A stretch of DNA of 64,000 nucleotides from Mizuhopecten yessoensis (GCF_002113885.1 NW_018408813.1:444395-508394); one strand, 5' to 3'. Numbered from the stretch's first letter, positions 49,100-62,595 are shown. A program made the numbers and translations. Notes: generated from the letters alone by a model not told the origin.

Positions 49100-51295
49100 A
49101 TCGTACATAATGTATGAAATTTGTCACTGAAAATTGTCCATCTATTGAAATAGGTCTCTTAAACTTGTTTTTACTTATGTATGCCGATGACACTGCATTG
49201 ATTGCGGAGACACCAGAAGCATTGCAGAAACTTTTAGATTCATTACATGTATTTAACCTAAAATGGAAGTTTAAACTCAATATCTCCAAAACCAAGACTG
49301 TTTTCTTTCGAAATGGGGGGGGAACATAAGAGATGCTGAAAAATGGACCTACAACAAGTAGGAAGTCGATATAGTTAATGAATTTAATTATTTGGGAATG
49401 TTGATGAATTTTAACGGAAAGTTCAATGTTACCCAGACATGTATTGCTAACCACGGAAGAAAAGCTTTATTTGCAATTACTAGTAAACTGATGAAAAATA
49501 ATTTTGATATTAGTACAAAATGTTCAGTGTTTGATACATATGTCAACAGCATACTCGAGTATGGAAGCCAGATATGGGGCTGTCATAAAGCACCAGAGAT
49601 TGGAAAGCTCCATTCTGGGTTTTGTAAACGATTGTTTGGTGTCAAAAAACAGTACAGGTACTGATTTTGTATATTACGAGCTTGGTAGACAGTCACGTTA
49701 CATAAAAAGAAAGTTAAAAGTTATAAAATACTGGTTTAAATTAAAAGAATCCAAAAATTGTATATTGCCCACATGTTCAGAAGAGCGCTTAATAATGAAT
49801 GATGATTGGATAAACAATATTTAACAAGAACTAGATAAACTTGATTTATCTTAAGTTTGGACTAGTGATTCTATAAATGGTAATATGTTTAAAGTAGTAG
49901 AACAACGATTTAAAGATTGTTACACTCAGGAAATGAGAGCAAGAATTATAAATGCTACCAGAGGTGCCTATACAAACATTTAATTGATAATTTTTGCATG
50001 CAATATTATTTACTGAAACCTATTGATAATATATATAAAAAATCTATAGCCAGTATTAGATTGTCATTACACCAGTTAAAAATCGAATGTGACCGCTATC
50101 ATAACATTGATAAGAGACGCAGAATATGTGAATGTTGCCAAAGTTATGAAATTAAAGATGAGTTCCATTTTATACTGCAATGTCCATTTTATATAGAAAT
50201 TAGACAAAGGTATATTAAAAGGTATTATTATAAATCACCTAGCGTTTTCAAACTTGTGCAACTGTTAAGTATAAATAATGTTAAGGAACTAAATAATCTT
50301 TGAAAATATTTTCATTTTGCCTCTAAGAAAAGAAAAACACACTTTGGCTAAAAGTGAATACTATCGTTATATACCTCACATATGTATTTTAGGTATATTT
50401 CGAACTCAAAGAAGTACATGTCATCGCTGAAAACGAATTATTACTTTTACTTCTGTCTGTCTGTATAATATAAGTATTATTGCTGATGTTGTACAATATA
50501 TATTTATTATTAAACTTAAGCAATAAGTGGTACATAAGTGGTAGATTGACTCAGCACTAATGTAATCGCATTCAAGGTAACATTGGCGCATCTCTGTCAG
50601 TATGTGTTTGTTAAGTTAGATTTAACTTAAATAATTTTTTCTTGTACTGCTACGTCTATGATGTATCTTATACATACATGTTTATGTTTCCCTCTGTGTT
50701 CGTTATGCTTGTCATGTGAGATCACTCTCCAAATACGTATGCAATAGGTATGTTTTGTAACCATGTATATCTTAGCATTCTGCCGTTAAGAAAAGAAAAA
50801 CATACTTTGGCGCAAAGCGAATGTTATCGTTAAACACCTTTCATATATGTATTTCATGTATTATTTCGAATGCAAAGAAAAGCATGCCTTCACTGAANNN
50901 NNNNNNNNNNNNNNNNNNNNNNNNNNNNNNNNNNNNNNNNNNNNNNNNNNNNNNNNNNNNNNNNNNNNNNNNNNNNNNNNNNNNNNNNNNNNNNNNNNNN
51001 NNNNNNNNNNNNNNNNNNNNNNNNNNNNNNNNNNNNNNNNNNNNNNCATTAAACTGAGCAATAACTGGTAGATTGACTCAGCATTTATGTAATCGCAATC
51101 AAGGTAACATTGCCGCGGAGTTACCTCCCGTCTCTGTCAGTATATATTTGTGTATCTTATACATCTATGTTACTTTCTGTGTTGTCATGCATGTCATGAG
51201 AGATCACGCTCAAAATATGTATGTCATATTATGTATCATATTTATGTATACCTATGGGTCGTAAGGTCCCCGGAATAAACTTGAATTGAATTGAA
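49100..51295 (+). mobile_element. 5'-truncated, decayed non-LTR retrotransposon (RTEX/L2-like): RT C-terminus, C-terminal Cys/His region, 3' UTR and tail
   Basis: LLMYADDTAL and LNISKTK (49114-49329), YGSQIWG, RLSLHQLKIE, RICECC..DEFHFILQCPFY (49917-50303); frameshifts and stops; ends AATAAAC(TTGAA)3. Confidence 0.9.
50898..51046. other. Assembly gap (149 N)
   Basis: Run of N. Confidence 1.
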
Positions 51296-53239
51296 ACAAC
51301 TTACGTGCCATAACCCGAAAAATCGAATCTTTCCTTTGTGTTTCCTCTAAGATTATATTGGAGAACCCGCAGCTGTGATCTGCTATACCATTGCAGCAAG
51401 CGGGTACTCTACCTTTTCTTTTTAGCCTCCTTCATATTGTTTCCTTTCTGAGGTATCATCCTAGGCTCCTCGGGTAAGTTGCTATAATAATGTGTCAACG
51501 TGGTTTGTTAGGGGAACGTGTCAACTTGTCTCAAGGTTATGATATTTCATTGACTGACATTATAAAGTGCCCCTTGAGTGGCCCCATAGTCCGTAGACAC
51601 CAACTTCATGTGGCCTTTTCTGTTGTGAGAACAGAAAACTATGAATAAACATTCAAACGATGGCCAAAACTAGATAGACATGTGTTAAACATTACATACT
51701 GTATTATTATTATACCTCATCTTTATAACAGCGTGTCTGGTGGGATGATATGGATCACATGACGGGGTAATAAAACATGATGTCCCCCTAACGCCCTCAG
51801 GTTTCCCCGATTTTATCAATTTCGTGTGTGCCTCTCTAGAAAAATAGACAAGAGCCAATAAAACCTAGTTCCGAATGATGGAAGCAGACCATAGCAATAG
51901 CACGTCTACATGATCTACTGTGGTGGCATGTTTTTTTTGGCATAATAAAATAATAATTGCCCTTGCAGTAGGGAATCACGTTCCCTTCGACCTAGTGAAA
52001 CATGGACAATCTCGGAGAAACAAAGAATCGTTTTTTATTTTGCATTATTCCGGATTTTATCCGAATCCCATTTTAGTATGTACCAGCCACCGTAAATACT
52101 ACATGCAATGAAATAGTTCGATAATGACGTCGCATGTGTGTTGTCTCCTGTCAGGCTTATTAAGTTTGTATAACAACATACACAACAGCAAATGCAATAA
52201 ATGTATTGTATTGTTTTTTCAGTAGACCAAGAATATTCGAAATCTTTTATCTATATATTTCCCAAATGGATGACGCATCATGCTTCAGTTATGTTTGCAA
52301 TATTCGATTAATTTCTATTATTTCATAAATGTTGTCGGTGTGCGCTCGATTAAGTTTTGTTCAATTTATATCAATAAGTCGGCCAGGTGGAAGATGGGAC
52401 GGGAACTGAATGCACACGCTTAAACGCGGAATTGCGTCTTTCGTTTCTCGATCTACTGCTTACCGTCTATATATAGGTACATTTTGTAGGTTGCGCTCAT
52501 CGACATTCTCCTTTTTGTATTCGGTCATCTACCCGGGAAATAGCAGGTACGTAATGTTTATTTCCCGTCTGAACTGGAGTAGTTCTTGGAACCCATTTCA
52601 TTGTATCATGTAATATGATTTATTTATGATATGGTAATTTTGAAAATTTGGTTGGAAAATATTTTTAATTTCAATCTACGTAGAAATACGCTAATAGAAT
52701 ACGGCTTGATGTAATTGGAAAATTTGCCGGATTAATTTAAATTGTGAAGAAGTCTCATACTTAACCTTTCTTATATGAAAGTAACAAAGCAATTCATTGT
52801 GTGTCGAAAAAAGAGTAAGTTGAAGAACAAAGAGAGGTGTTTGCTATTGGAGACAGCAGATCGAGTTTGGTTACTTCCATGTTCAATAATGATAAATCAT
52901 AAAAGGGACCCCCGACTTTGAAGAGTATATTTAAATATGAACATTCGACAATGGACTAGGACCACGTTATAACAACTTATCGACACCTTTTCCACACCAC
53001 AGATACTTTAAAACAGGCATACTTATAACAAATACTGCGTTTATAGGCTTCTCTGGTGAGCCGTTGTCTAACATGTGATACATAATACTGTGAAAGAAGT
53101 TATTAACATACTACTACTCAATGTTGTGACATTGTCGTGAGATTGGACTTGAACGAGACCCTTTAGCGACCTTTGAACCTACTGCGACAGCATAGAGTTG
53201 GGAACAATAAAAAACGATGGTTAAAAGAGGGCAGCCATT

Positions 53240-53503
53240 TTAAAATCATTAATGTTCAATTATTCTAATATTATTTTTACCATCGAACGAGGCAATTTTA
53301 CCGATTGACAGCCGGAGCTGTCATTTCGGCGCTAACAGCCAGCATTCAGCAATTATAACACTGCCCAACCACGTACTCATTTACAGCTGAGTAGACTGGA
53401 ACAAACGGAGTAAATTGTCTTGATCAAGGACACAACACATTGCCGTGCCGTGGCGCGAACCCGCAACCATTCGGTCACGCGCCCGGCGAACTACCGTGCC
53501 TCC
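53240..53503 (-). mobile_element. CORE-type tRNA-derived SINE
   Basis: Minus strand GGGTTCGCGCC B box, then GTGTTGTGTCCTTGATCAAGACAATTTAC...CTCAGCTGTAAATGAGTAC (CORE-like). Confidence 0.75.
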
Positions 53504-53504
53504 C

Positions 53505-53623
53505 GAATTGAGTTGGTCCTGAAGCAAATTTAATGAACTGCGAAGCAGTTCATGTTAAATTTGTTTCAAGACCAACTCAATTCATCACCCAATGAAATCG
53601 ACCAAAGCAAGATTGAATCCTTA
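53505..53623. mobile_element. Foldback element with truncated left arm and central GCGAAGC hairpin
   Basis: 53505-53583 is palindromic about 53543; right arm continues to GATTGAATCCTTA. Confidence 0.75.
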
Positions 53624-54130
53624 TGTTTCAATCAACACGTTTTTTTTCAATAATTGGAACTTGTGAAATCATTCTGATCGTTTGTCCCAGGTTCTGGAGC
53701 TTGTGCAAGTCTATGTATTGATGTAATGTAAAATATATAGTCCGCATTGAAAGACCATCATACAACGTGATGGTGTACATTGATAGCCAAAGTATGTAGT
53801 TACAAAACACAAAACCATATGTTAGATGCCATATTCAAATTTTGCTGATGAATTCATAAGATATCAAATTTTATGATGCGTCATCGCGGAAGAATAATGT
53901 CTAGACGCGGTGCACAGGCTCAGCTGCGAGTCTACGGCAGCCATCTTTTTATTAGCTCTAAGTGGAAAGCCGCTAAATTTCTAGGTTCTGTATCTTCTTG
54001 AATGTGAAGCTGCAGTTATTGAATGTCGAATTAAACAGGAAACCAGACGTGGCTTGAAAGGACGAAACATTTAATATGACATTTGGCTGTTCGACTGTGT
54101 TTCATATACGACGGGACCACATGAATCTAC

Positions 54131-54331
54131 CAAAGGAGTTCGTTACAAATGTCTGAAATGCACATATGCTATACTGTTATGTGTCACAGTACACATAAAC
54201 ATACATTTATACACATATGATATATTGATATGGGTCACAGCACACATAAACATACATCTGTTTATGTATGCTGTGACCCATAGCAGTTATAGCATGATAT
54301 GTTTATTTCAGACGTTTGTAACGAACCCCTG
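54131..54331. mobile_element. MITE (copy 2) with probable 9-bp TSD
   Basis: ..GGAGTTCGTTACAAATGTCTGAAAT ... ATTTCAGACGTTTGTAACGAACCCCTG; flanks TGAATCTAC / TGAATATAC. Confidence 0.8.
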
Positions 54332-56607
54332 TGAATATACGTTATCGGTTTGTACCGAGGGTTGTCTACTTACACAAGGCAGAATGGATAGCTGGAAGGA
54401 GAATTTTTAGGGCAGTATAAGACTTGTCACTAACGCTAGCAACCGTGAGCTGATAATATGATTGGTCGTTCTTGGTTGTTTGAACAATTTCTTGTGTTGC
54501 TTCAATAAAAATGTGAAATCTCAAGTGGTATATTTGTTTAAACATGTCAATAGTTATCTCCCGTCGCAAAATCATACGCACAGGCAATGTTAATCTGGTC
54601 AAATGCAACAGGTTACATTTGGTAGTTGCATTAAGTCCAGCTTGAGTAGGAATTGAAATATATGTTTATGTTGTAGAAAGCAAGTCCCATTATATCGTAT
54701 TATATTCATGAATATATTAATGTTAAAAGTTTGTTTCGGAAAATATTTTGTGATTAAGCAAACTTTAATAATGTACTTTGATCACGCTAGTTGAATAGAC
54801 TTTACAAAACTATACCATTTACCAGATGATTAAGATTGTTTTTGAAGTATCCTACTAAACCTTTCACAAACAGACAGAGGTTCTTTTATGTCAGATTTTC
54901 AATTATAATGTACATTTGTAATTCCAGGACCGCGATTTGCCAATAAGAGCAAATGTGATCTGAAAAAAAATGTTTTGAAAATCTGTAAAATAAATGCTTC
55001 CGAAGATGAAACCATAATTCAAAGCCGAAAAGATGAAGACCAAAATAGACGGAAGGGAAGTCATCTCATACTTGCTGCAGAATACAAGTGTGTTTTATAA
55101 ACCTTATTCAATCGATTTGCATGAAGGGATACATTTTTTGTGCCATTGATTTTCACTATAGTTACGTAGTGAGGGCTCTTTTATAGCTATTTTACTGACT
55201 CCATAGTAGGCCTTGTTATATAAAATATCCAAAAACAAATTATAAGTAAATCTTTGTTCGATTTGTCAGTTCGACAGATCCATTACAAAGCCATTATCTG
55301 ACAGTACTTTTGGAGATCATTACTGAATGACATCAGGTACTCAGAATTATTTTACGAAACATTAGGTATTTAAACCGTATGTTGCTGTTTAATAAAACAT
55401 GTTTTAAAGAGTTTTACTATTATTTGTTATACAATAAACTAGCTTCGCAGTCTGGGAATCATCCTGTCTCGTCATTTATATTGGTGTGTACACGCTTGAT
55501 TTCGTTAGTAAGTCAGTTTTCAAACAAATACTTCACCGGTGTATCTGCTACTGCACGGCTCACCATTTCATCGTGTATTCAAACGTAAGGTATAAAAATG
55601 ATTCATTTATATCCCATACCACATAAATGTGTACCATTAATCATTTCTTTTTTATACTATATATATTTGAACCGTGAGACAATAATTATAATTGCTTAGT
55701 GTATGTACCAAGTACATGTGATGGTGGTACAATGTCGAGGTATAAATGTTCTTTTTTGTTCAGCATGAACGTGTAAATTGGAACAAAACAACAGTAAAAA
55801 TGTTCCTTTTCGTTCCACATGCATGAACGTGTATATAAGTACAAAACACTTTATCTAAAACAAATCAACAGTATATAATTGCGTAAAATGTACTATGGTA
55901 CAATATTGGAACTAAAATGGGCTTTATTCCACATAAATGTCCTACGCACAAAATCAATGCATAAATGTCTCATTTTTGTATAATATATCAAGAAATGTGA
56001 TGTAGTTTAAAACAAACATTTATTTGGCAAGGTTTGATTCGTTGTACGGGCTAGGGATAATGCTGGTCTTCTGCTGTAATCTTTGAAATTCTTATCGCTA
56101 CTTTCATGTCATTAGAGCAGTAGGCCGTGTTTATATGACGCTATTATATAAGATATCGTCCAAATCGACCAATGTCGGTGACGGAGGTTCGATTCCCACG
56201 GCGATAAGACAACAAGACGTTGAATGTCAAACAATCATTTTGTACCGACAGTGCACTAGTGATCCTGACTGTTCTCAGACACGTGCAAAAAAATGTGAAC
56301 CTAGTGACTCGTAAACATACACCAGGACAAGTTAACATGGTTTAGCTTACTCCTGTGTCGCGTTTGGTTATTTACAGCTTGGATAACACACTTATACCAA
56401 GGTAACACTTGTATTTATTTATTTTGTGCAGGTACTGCCGATTGCCAATTTGTCTATATCAATATCGCAATATTTTCAGCTTTCCTCGATCCATACTGTC
56501 CGGATAAGACTCCGTGAAGGCTTGTCCTTATATGACAAGACATGTTAAGGACTATTAGGCCTCAAAATGTTTGCTCTGGTGGGGAAATCGAAGCGTCCTC
56601 GGGGGGG

Positions 56608-56637
56608 NNNNNNNNNNNNNNNNNNNNNNNNNNNNNN
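56608..56637. other. Assembly gap (30 N)
   Basis: Run of N. Confidence 1.
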
Positions 56638-57456
56638 GTTTAGATCAACATGTGTCAATCCTTCACAACGTTGTACATGTAGGTATACATACTGTTGTGA
56701 TATAACTTGTATAAAGATAAAAACCCAAGACAGGGAGCCGGTTAGACATTTTTGAATACGAAATATGCTTGCCACATGGACAACGTGTAGTCTTCTGGAA
56801 ATGAGTTTCAGTTCACTGACATAACGTGAGCACTTAAAACAGCACAAACTAAAGCAGTTATCGTGTGTGTATTGTAAGCCACGTGTTTGATAAGATTATA
56901 TGTGTCTATAGCGTGAAACTAGCTGGCTTCATGATCAATATGTATGGTATCGTCATGCGGTCATACCGACATAATCCCTATCAAATGACTCCAAAATATT
57001 CTACGGAAAGTACACATTTTATACCTCGTGATAAACCGAATGTTTTCATAATAATTATAGCCATTTATAAATAAAATACTGTATTGATGGCAATACCTTA
57101 CACTCACATAATAAACGTATGCAGGCAGCGATATTACTGTTTAAAAGTATATTATTTATGTATGTTATTTTATTCAAATTTGACATTTTATTATCAACTT
57201 GAACTTTTGATCTTATCTGTATATGTATATATAACAATTAAATTCACCGGCAGACAATAAAGTAATGCAATGGAGAATAGACAGATGTATAACTTCACAT
57301 TTTTTATGTGAGATTATATGTGGCGCTGGGAAAAAAAGGAAACACAATAGAAATGAATGTTGAATATAATATGAATTTGTCTTTTTTTGTATTACAGATT
57401 CAATATTGTCTTCATGCATCTTTCTGATACTGAATGCATAAATTTCTGAAAAGAGA

Positions 57457-57867
57457 ATGCGAAGAAAACTTCATTTGCGTCATCCATTATGTTACCGAAG
57501 AAGCTACGTGGCTACTACGCTTTTAGTAATTCTAATGTTTGGTGCTATTCTAGGATTTTTCCAACTACATAACCGAAGACTGGCTACTACGGAAGCAATA
57601 CTATCTGACAAAAAGAATTCATTGATTATTAAAAAAGAATTATTACGCAAGTGTTTTATGAGAAATGACAGCAATTCGGGTCTGATCAATTCCGTTTCTA
57701 AAGAAAGTGAAAAACAATATGTCTATAGAAACGTTACTAAGTTTGGGTCTGAACTGAACTCAACATCATTTCCGGAATTACAAGGTTTGAAGGCTTTTGA
57801 GTGGTGCTCTACAGAGTCGTCACGGTTTCCATTCAATAGCACACGGGCGGAGGACCTAATGAGATAT
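57457..57867 (+). CDS. CHST15: CHST15-like carbohydrate sulfotransferase, coding exon 1 (cytoplasmic tail, TM anchor, stem)
   Basis: Acceptor AG ending at 57397; basic tail, then VATTLLVILMFGAILGFF; donor GTAAGT at 57868, phase 0. Confidence 0.8.
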
Positions 57868-59181
57868 GTAAGTAAAACCAGCTTTTATCGAACCTTGTGT
57901 TATCTTAAATCATGTGTAAATCGTACTTTTAAATAAGTCTTACTGTAAACATTAATTTGTTAATTGAACCCATATGATAAGAAACGTATTAATTTCAAAT
58001 TGTCATATTGGTCTAACTGGTGTTGGTCTTAGACAGTTTTCGTCCTAGTTTGCTCCATACAATGAAAGCTGTGACGGAACACCATACTTTATATTGACAT
58101 ACATTTCCAATATTAACTCATAAAAATCGATGTGTTTTTTTTGGTCCGATTGTTTACATATTTCTTTAGCTTTTATTTCTGTCTTCTGAGAGTTCAACAT
58201 TTGGACACCTTCATGAGTATTGTATTATGGACACATGTATGATAGTTGTGTAAAAGTGCCAAATGACTACCAATTATAACCATTTCTGCTTTAAGATTAT
58301 TTACAAAATAATCATTCTTATTGAAAGAGTTGACCGATCTTCATATTTTTTTTAAACTATAGAGAGCAGTTTTTGAATTTTCATCTTAATATTTCATATT
58401 AAAACAAAAACACAATGTTATGTATTTTTATATCACATCACTGGTTGTTTACCTGTGATAACATTCATGACTGTGCGTGATATACGATCATGAAGATCTT
58501 ATACAAATAAACCGATACCTGTTTAGGAACTTTAAAAAAGGAAATATTGCCAGTTTCAATTGGACAGCCTTGTTTTCGTAACGGACTTACATGTCCTCCT
58601 GCAGGTTAGAGAACATATAAAGTATGCTGTATCCCACTGCAAGTTATCGTTACAGGCAATGTATACGGGATCCCTGCAGAATCGGGGGTTTCCTTCTTTG
58701 TCTTTAACTAAAAGGACATTGAAGATAACCAAATTGATCTGCTTTCTAATTCAATACTTCGGATCTTTTTGTTTTCTGTTCACGCTTCCATGGTTTTTCT
58801 TTTCGGCGATGTCTCACAAGGCATCGGTCCTAATATGACACTTGACATTTAATCTTGTACCAGCAAACAAGTCTTACAGACAGGCATTACTACGCCTTAT
58901 CGTGTAGGTCCTGCTCTATCTATTCGTATTGTGAGGATTATGTGGTTTAACATATGGTGGATGTCACTCTATCCATTCCTCTTACTATCTTATGGTCTTA
59001 TGGTCCATCACAACACAAACATACAGAAGCATGGCAAACACAATAGATGCAGAGAAAGAGACATCGTTGATTCTAATCAAACTATTGGTTCAGACAACAG
59101 TTCTTAATTAATATGCTTCAAATATATATACATTGTATATCAACTAACAGAATATAGTTCTGTAATATTTTCAAATCTTAA

Positions 59182-59578
59182 TACAGTATAAGCTGTCTAA
59201 ACCGGATGTCATCGGGACCAAACTATTTGGCTGGTGTATATAGGTGTCCGGTTTATACAGGGTCGACATGTCATATTTTGAATACAAGTGTTTCAACATA
59301 AACAACAGACCGACACGACATTGGATAGCGCTATTTTGTTTAGAATGTGTTTGCTTTAGATTGTAGCCGGCCGAGAAAAAGTCAAGGACCGGTTGTTTTT
59401 ACATGGATTACTATGCCAACTTTGTGAAATAACGCCGGTTTTCGGAATGGACAGGGTCCGGTTTATAACGGGTTTAACTACTATGATTATATAGGAAATA
59501 TGCCCGGACCACAAATCAAAGCCGGTTTATACAGTTGTCCGGATTAGACAGGGGCCGGTTTAGACAGATTATACTGTA
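59182..59578. mobile_element. TA-flanked MITE (pogo/Tigger-like) in the sulfotransferase intron
   Basis: TACAGTATAAGCTGTCTAAACCGG ... CCGGTTTAGACAGATTATACTGTA; internal CCGGTTTATACAG repeats. Confidence 0.9.
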
Positions 59579-59872
59579 ATTTAATTAGCTTAAAAAATCT
59601 CAAACAAGTTTTGTTTAATTTGTCTTACTTCCCAAATCATATATTTCATTCCTGTTAAACTTGTAACCCCTTTTGTCTTACGACATTTACTCTGAGTGGC
59701 CTTGCCATATGATCAATGTTCTAGCTAGTCAAGTAAACGTTTAGAATTATTGGAACGTAACTTGGTATGTTGCAAACTGTCATTTTGAATTCTTCAAATA
59801 TTTGAACTGTATATTAACTTATACAACATCCTTTTTCTATTTTGGTTAACTATAAGTCACACTTGGTTACAG

Positions 59873-60104
59873 AACATATCCTTCCTACCAAGAGGTTACA
59901 AGAACCCCTGTTTCTATGACGTGTGTTCGACAGTAGGGCCTGTTCCCGTACGTGCCTTGCGATGCCTGCCATACTTCCAGCTAATAGGTGTTGACAAGAG
60001 TGGATCAACCGACCTTTTCGCTAGGATCACACAACATCCACAGATCCTACCTAACAGCGGAGTCCTAAATAAGGAAACTTCCTGGTGGCCTTGGACACGT
60101 TATG
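59873..60104 (+). CDS. CHST15: CHST15-like exon 2 (5'-PSB motif)
   Basis: YKNPCFY..LRCLPYFQLIGVDKSGSTDLF..HP..KETSWW; AG/GT bounded, phase 0 to 1. Confidence 0.92.
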
Positions 60105-60416
60105 GTAAAATGTCTATTCAGATCCGATTGATTTCAAAATGGTTGCTTACTTAAATCTTTTCATCACTTGCATCAATTCATAATATCCATTCATTTCATT
60201 CATTGATTCATGCATGAACTACCTGTGTTGGTCATTTATATCATTCTCCCGATGTATTAATTATAACATAATATGCACATATGAAAATTGTATCGGCATC
60301 AACTTTTTTCAGTTACCATTATTTGTAAGGAAATGTTTTTAATACGTATTTGTGTTCTTTTATAAGTATTATCTTTTACTATGAACTATTTCACGTTTTG
60401 AGTATCCCCTCAACAG

Positions 60417-60566
60417 GACACGGACTTAAAAAGATTGTGAGAAGAGAGTCGTTTGATCAGTACCTTGGCTATTTTGACAATGCGGCAGGACAGATTGAAC
60501 GAAATATTCAGGTCAACCAAAATGGGTCAAATACGGACAGTGGTGATTTTCACCTTCTCATCACAG
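60417..60566 (+). CDS. CHST15: CHST15-like exon 3
   Basis: GHGLKK..SFDQYLGYFDNAAGQI..LITG; phase 1 to 1. Confidence 0.9.
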
Positions 60567-61016
60567 GTACAGCATGTGTTTGACCAGGGTTTGCCCAGTA
60601 CTTACAATTATCATAGTTGGAGCTTAAAACGTCGTCAAAACATAGGACTCTTTAGGGTGTTGTACATGTTATATCATGTAGTAGTAGTAGTTCAATTTGA
60701 ATTAATGGATTGTTGGTCATGTGAATTTATAACGTATATGTTATGATTTACGTGTACTTAAGAACATAAGTATGTCATAATGTGTTATGGGTTAACGATA
60801 TGCGATTTCCACATAACTTCTACGTCCAAGTCCAAATGAGGACCCGTATAAGAGTTAATGAAGCAGCAGTGCGTTCACAGTTCCGCATTTCATACGAATC
60901 TATAATTTCAATAACACATCGAACATGTGTTACCGAGTTAAATTTTCGGTAAAGTAAAAACTGTTTCCAGTTCTGCGACCCATAACTTCTAACGCATCAT
61001 TCAAACTTCCTTACAG

Positions 61017-61173
61017 GGGACGGGACGCCTATGGATTTTTGGGACTTTTCTGGTTGGCCCCAGATCCCGCAGAATAGAAATCAAACAATGCCAAGCATAC
61101 TCACCCCTCACCTCATCAAACACGTGAACCCAGGTGTCAAACTTATCCTCGTTCTCAGGGATCCAACAGAAAG
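61017..61173 (+). CDS. CHST15: CHST15-like exon 4 (missed by ORF track)
   Basis: GDGTPMDFWDFSGWPQIPQN..TPHLIKHVNPGVKLILVLRDPTE(R); phase 1 to 2. Confidence 0.92.
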
Positions 61174-61803
61174 GTAACGCATATTGTATTACACACGTTA
61201 TTTTTTTAAAATAAAACAAAGGCAAAAGTGAAAAATTTAACGGATATGTAATAAGTTCACAACTAGTCTTAGATATCGGTCGGATCGGGAACATGAAAAA
61301 TTATCAATCTATACTTAAACGTGATTTGATCATATTTTCCCTTTTCTAAGGAAAAGACTGATATATGCTAGCCCTGTTATATCCTCTTTTTGATAATAGT
61401 ATATGTATCGTTTTACATTTCTTATCATCTGTTTATCTTTAATAGTGAAATAAGTCTTGGCCAAGATTCTAGATTCAATACTTCGGGATTTGCTTTCTTT
61501 TACAACTACATTGTTTTGGTTTGCTTCCTTTATACGAACAATTACAAGGAAATGTTTTTAGAATCAATTTCGGGAATGAAAAATATTAATGTTCATGTCC
61601 AGTTTTTCGTTTTTGTTGTTATTAAATGTATATTTCTGAATGACAGGTATCGTTCCTACATGTTATATAATTGCAAAGTTATCATGATGTATGTTTTAAT
61701 TCGGTTGTTATGATAAACAAATACTTAAAACTCAATGCAAGCACATCACCGGGTACATCCACCTCTGTCTATATACCGACAATTTACCCCTGTCTTTCCT
61801 AAT

Positions 61804-62000
61804 ATGTGTCTATAACTACCTATGTGTCTATAACTGTCTATGTGTCTGTCTGTGTGTATATAACTGTCTATGTGTCTATAACTGTCTATGTGTCTGTGTG
61901 TGTGTATATAACTGTCTATGTGTCTATAAATGTCTATGTGTCTGTCTTTGTGTATATAACTGTCTATGTGTCTATAAATGTCTATGTGTCTATAACTGTC
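61804..62000. repeat. Intronic short tandem repeat (TGTGTCTATAACTGTCTA variants)
   Basis: Direct inspection. Confidence 0.9.
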
Positions 62001-62407
62001 GAAACCCTTTCTAAAACTATCGAATAAAACTTGTGAATACCAACTACTTGTCCATCGATTTAGTAATTACTAAGTTTGCTTTATCTTCATATAAGCAAGA
62101 TCACCCTTTATCAAGTCATTTTGACATATCCTTGAGTTTTCATAGGTATAGGTTAATCCAAACTGTACTCATCTTTAATTCTTATTTTTGTTATTCATAT
62201 CAAGTTAACAGGAAATTCCTAATTTGCTTCTCTGCATACTCTCTTTTGTTTATTAAATCCCTTTTCAAGACCTTCGTATTCAGCGAATTGCCCGTTGTGA
62301 TCTCTGTATACAGCTTATTCCATATTGAAATCTTTCGTTAATTGTTTTGAATCATAATTACTCCCTTGTGTTGTCTCGACTATACTCTTTCTGTTAATTG
62401 TTCACAG

Positions 62408-62564
62408 GTTATACTCCGACTACCTGTTTCTGAAGAGCGGAGTACAGACCCCAAGTGGCTTCCATGCTGCTGTGCATCAATCACTTCGATACTTCAACAA
62501 TTGCACTCAACAAAAAAGTGTTCGGAAGTGTTTGTTTGACCGCAAGCTTCACACCAATGTTCGG
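62408..62564 (+). CDS. CHST15: CHST15-like exon 5 (completes the 3'-PB motif; missed by ORF track)
   Basis: (R)LYSDYLF..FHAAV..FNNC..SVRKCLFD; phase 2 to 0; donor GTTGGT. Confidence 0.9.
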
Positions 62565-62595
62565 GTTGGTTCCATTTCCAAATAGTGTTGCCCAT

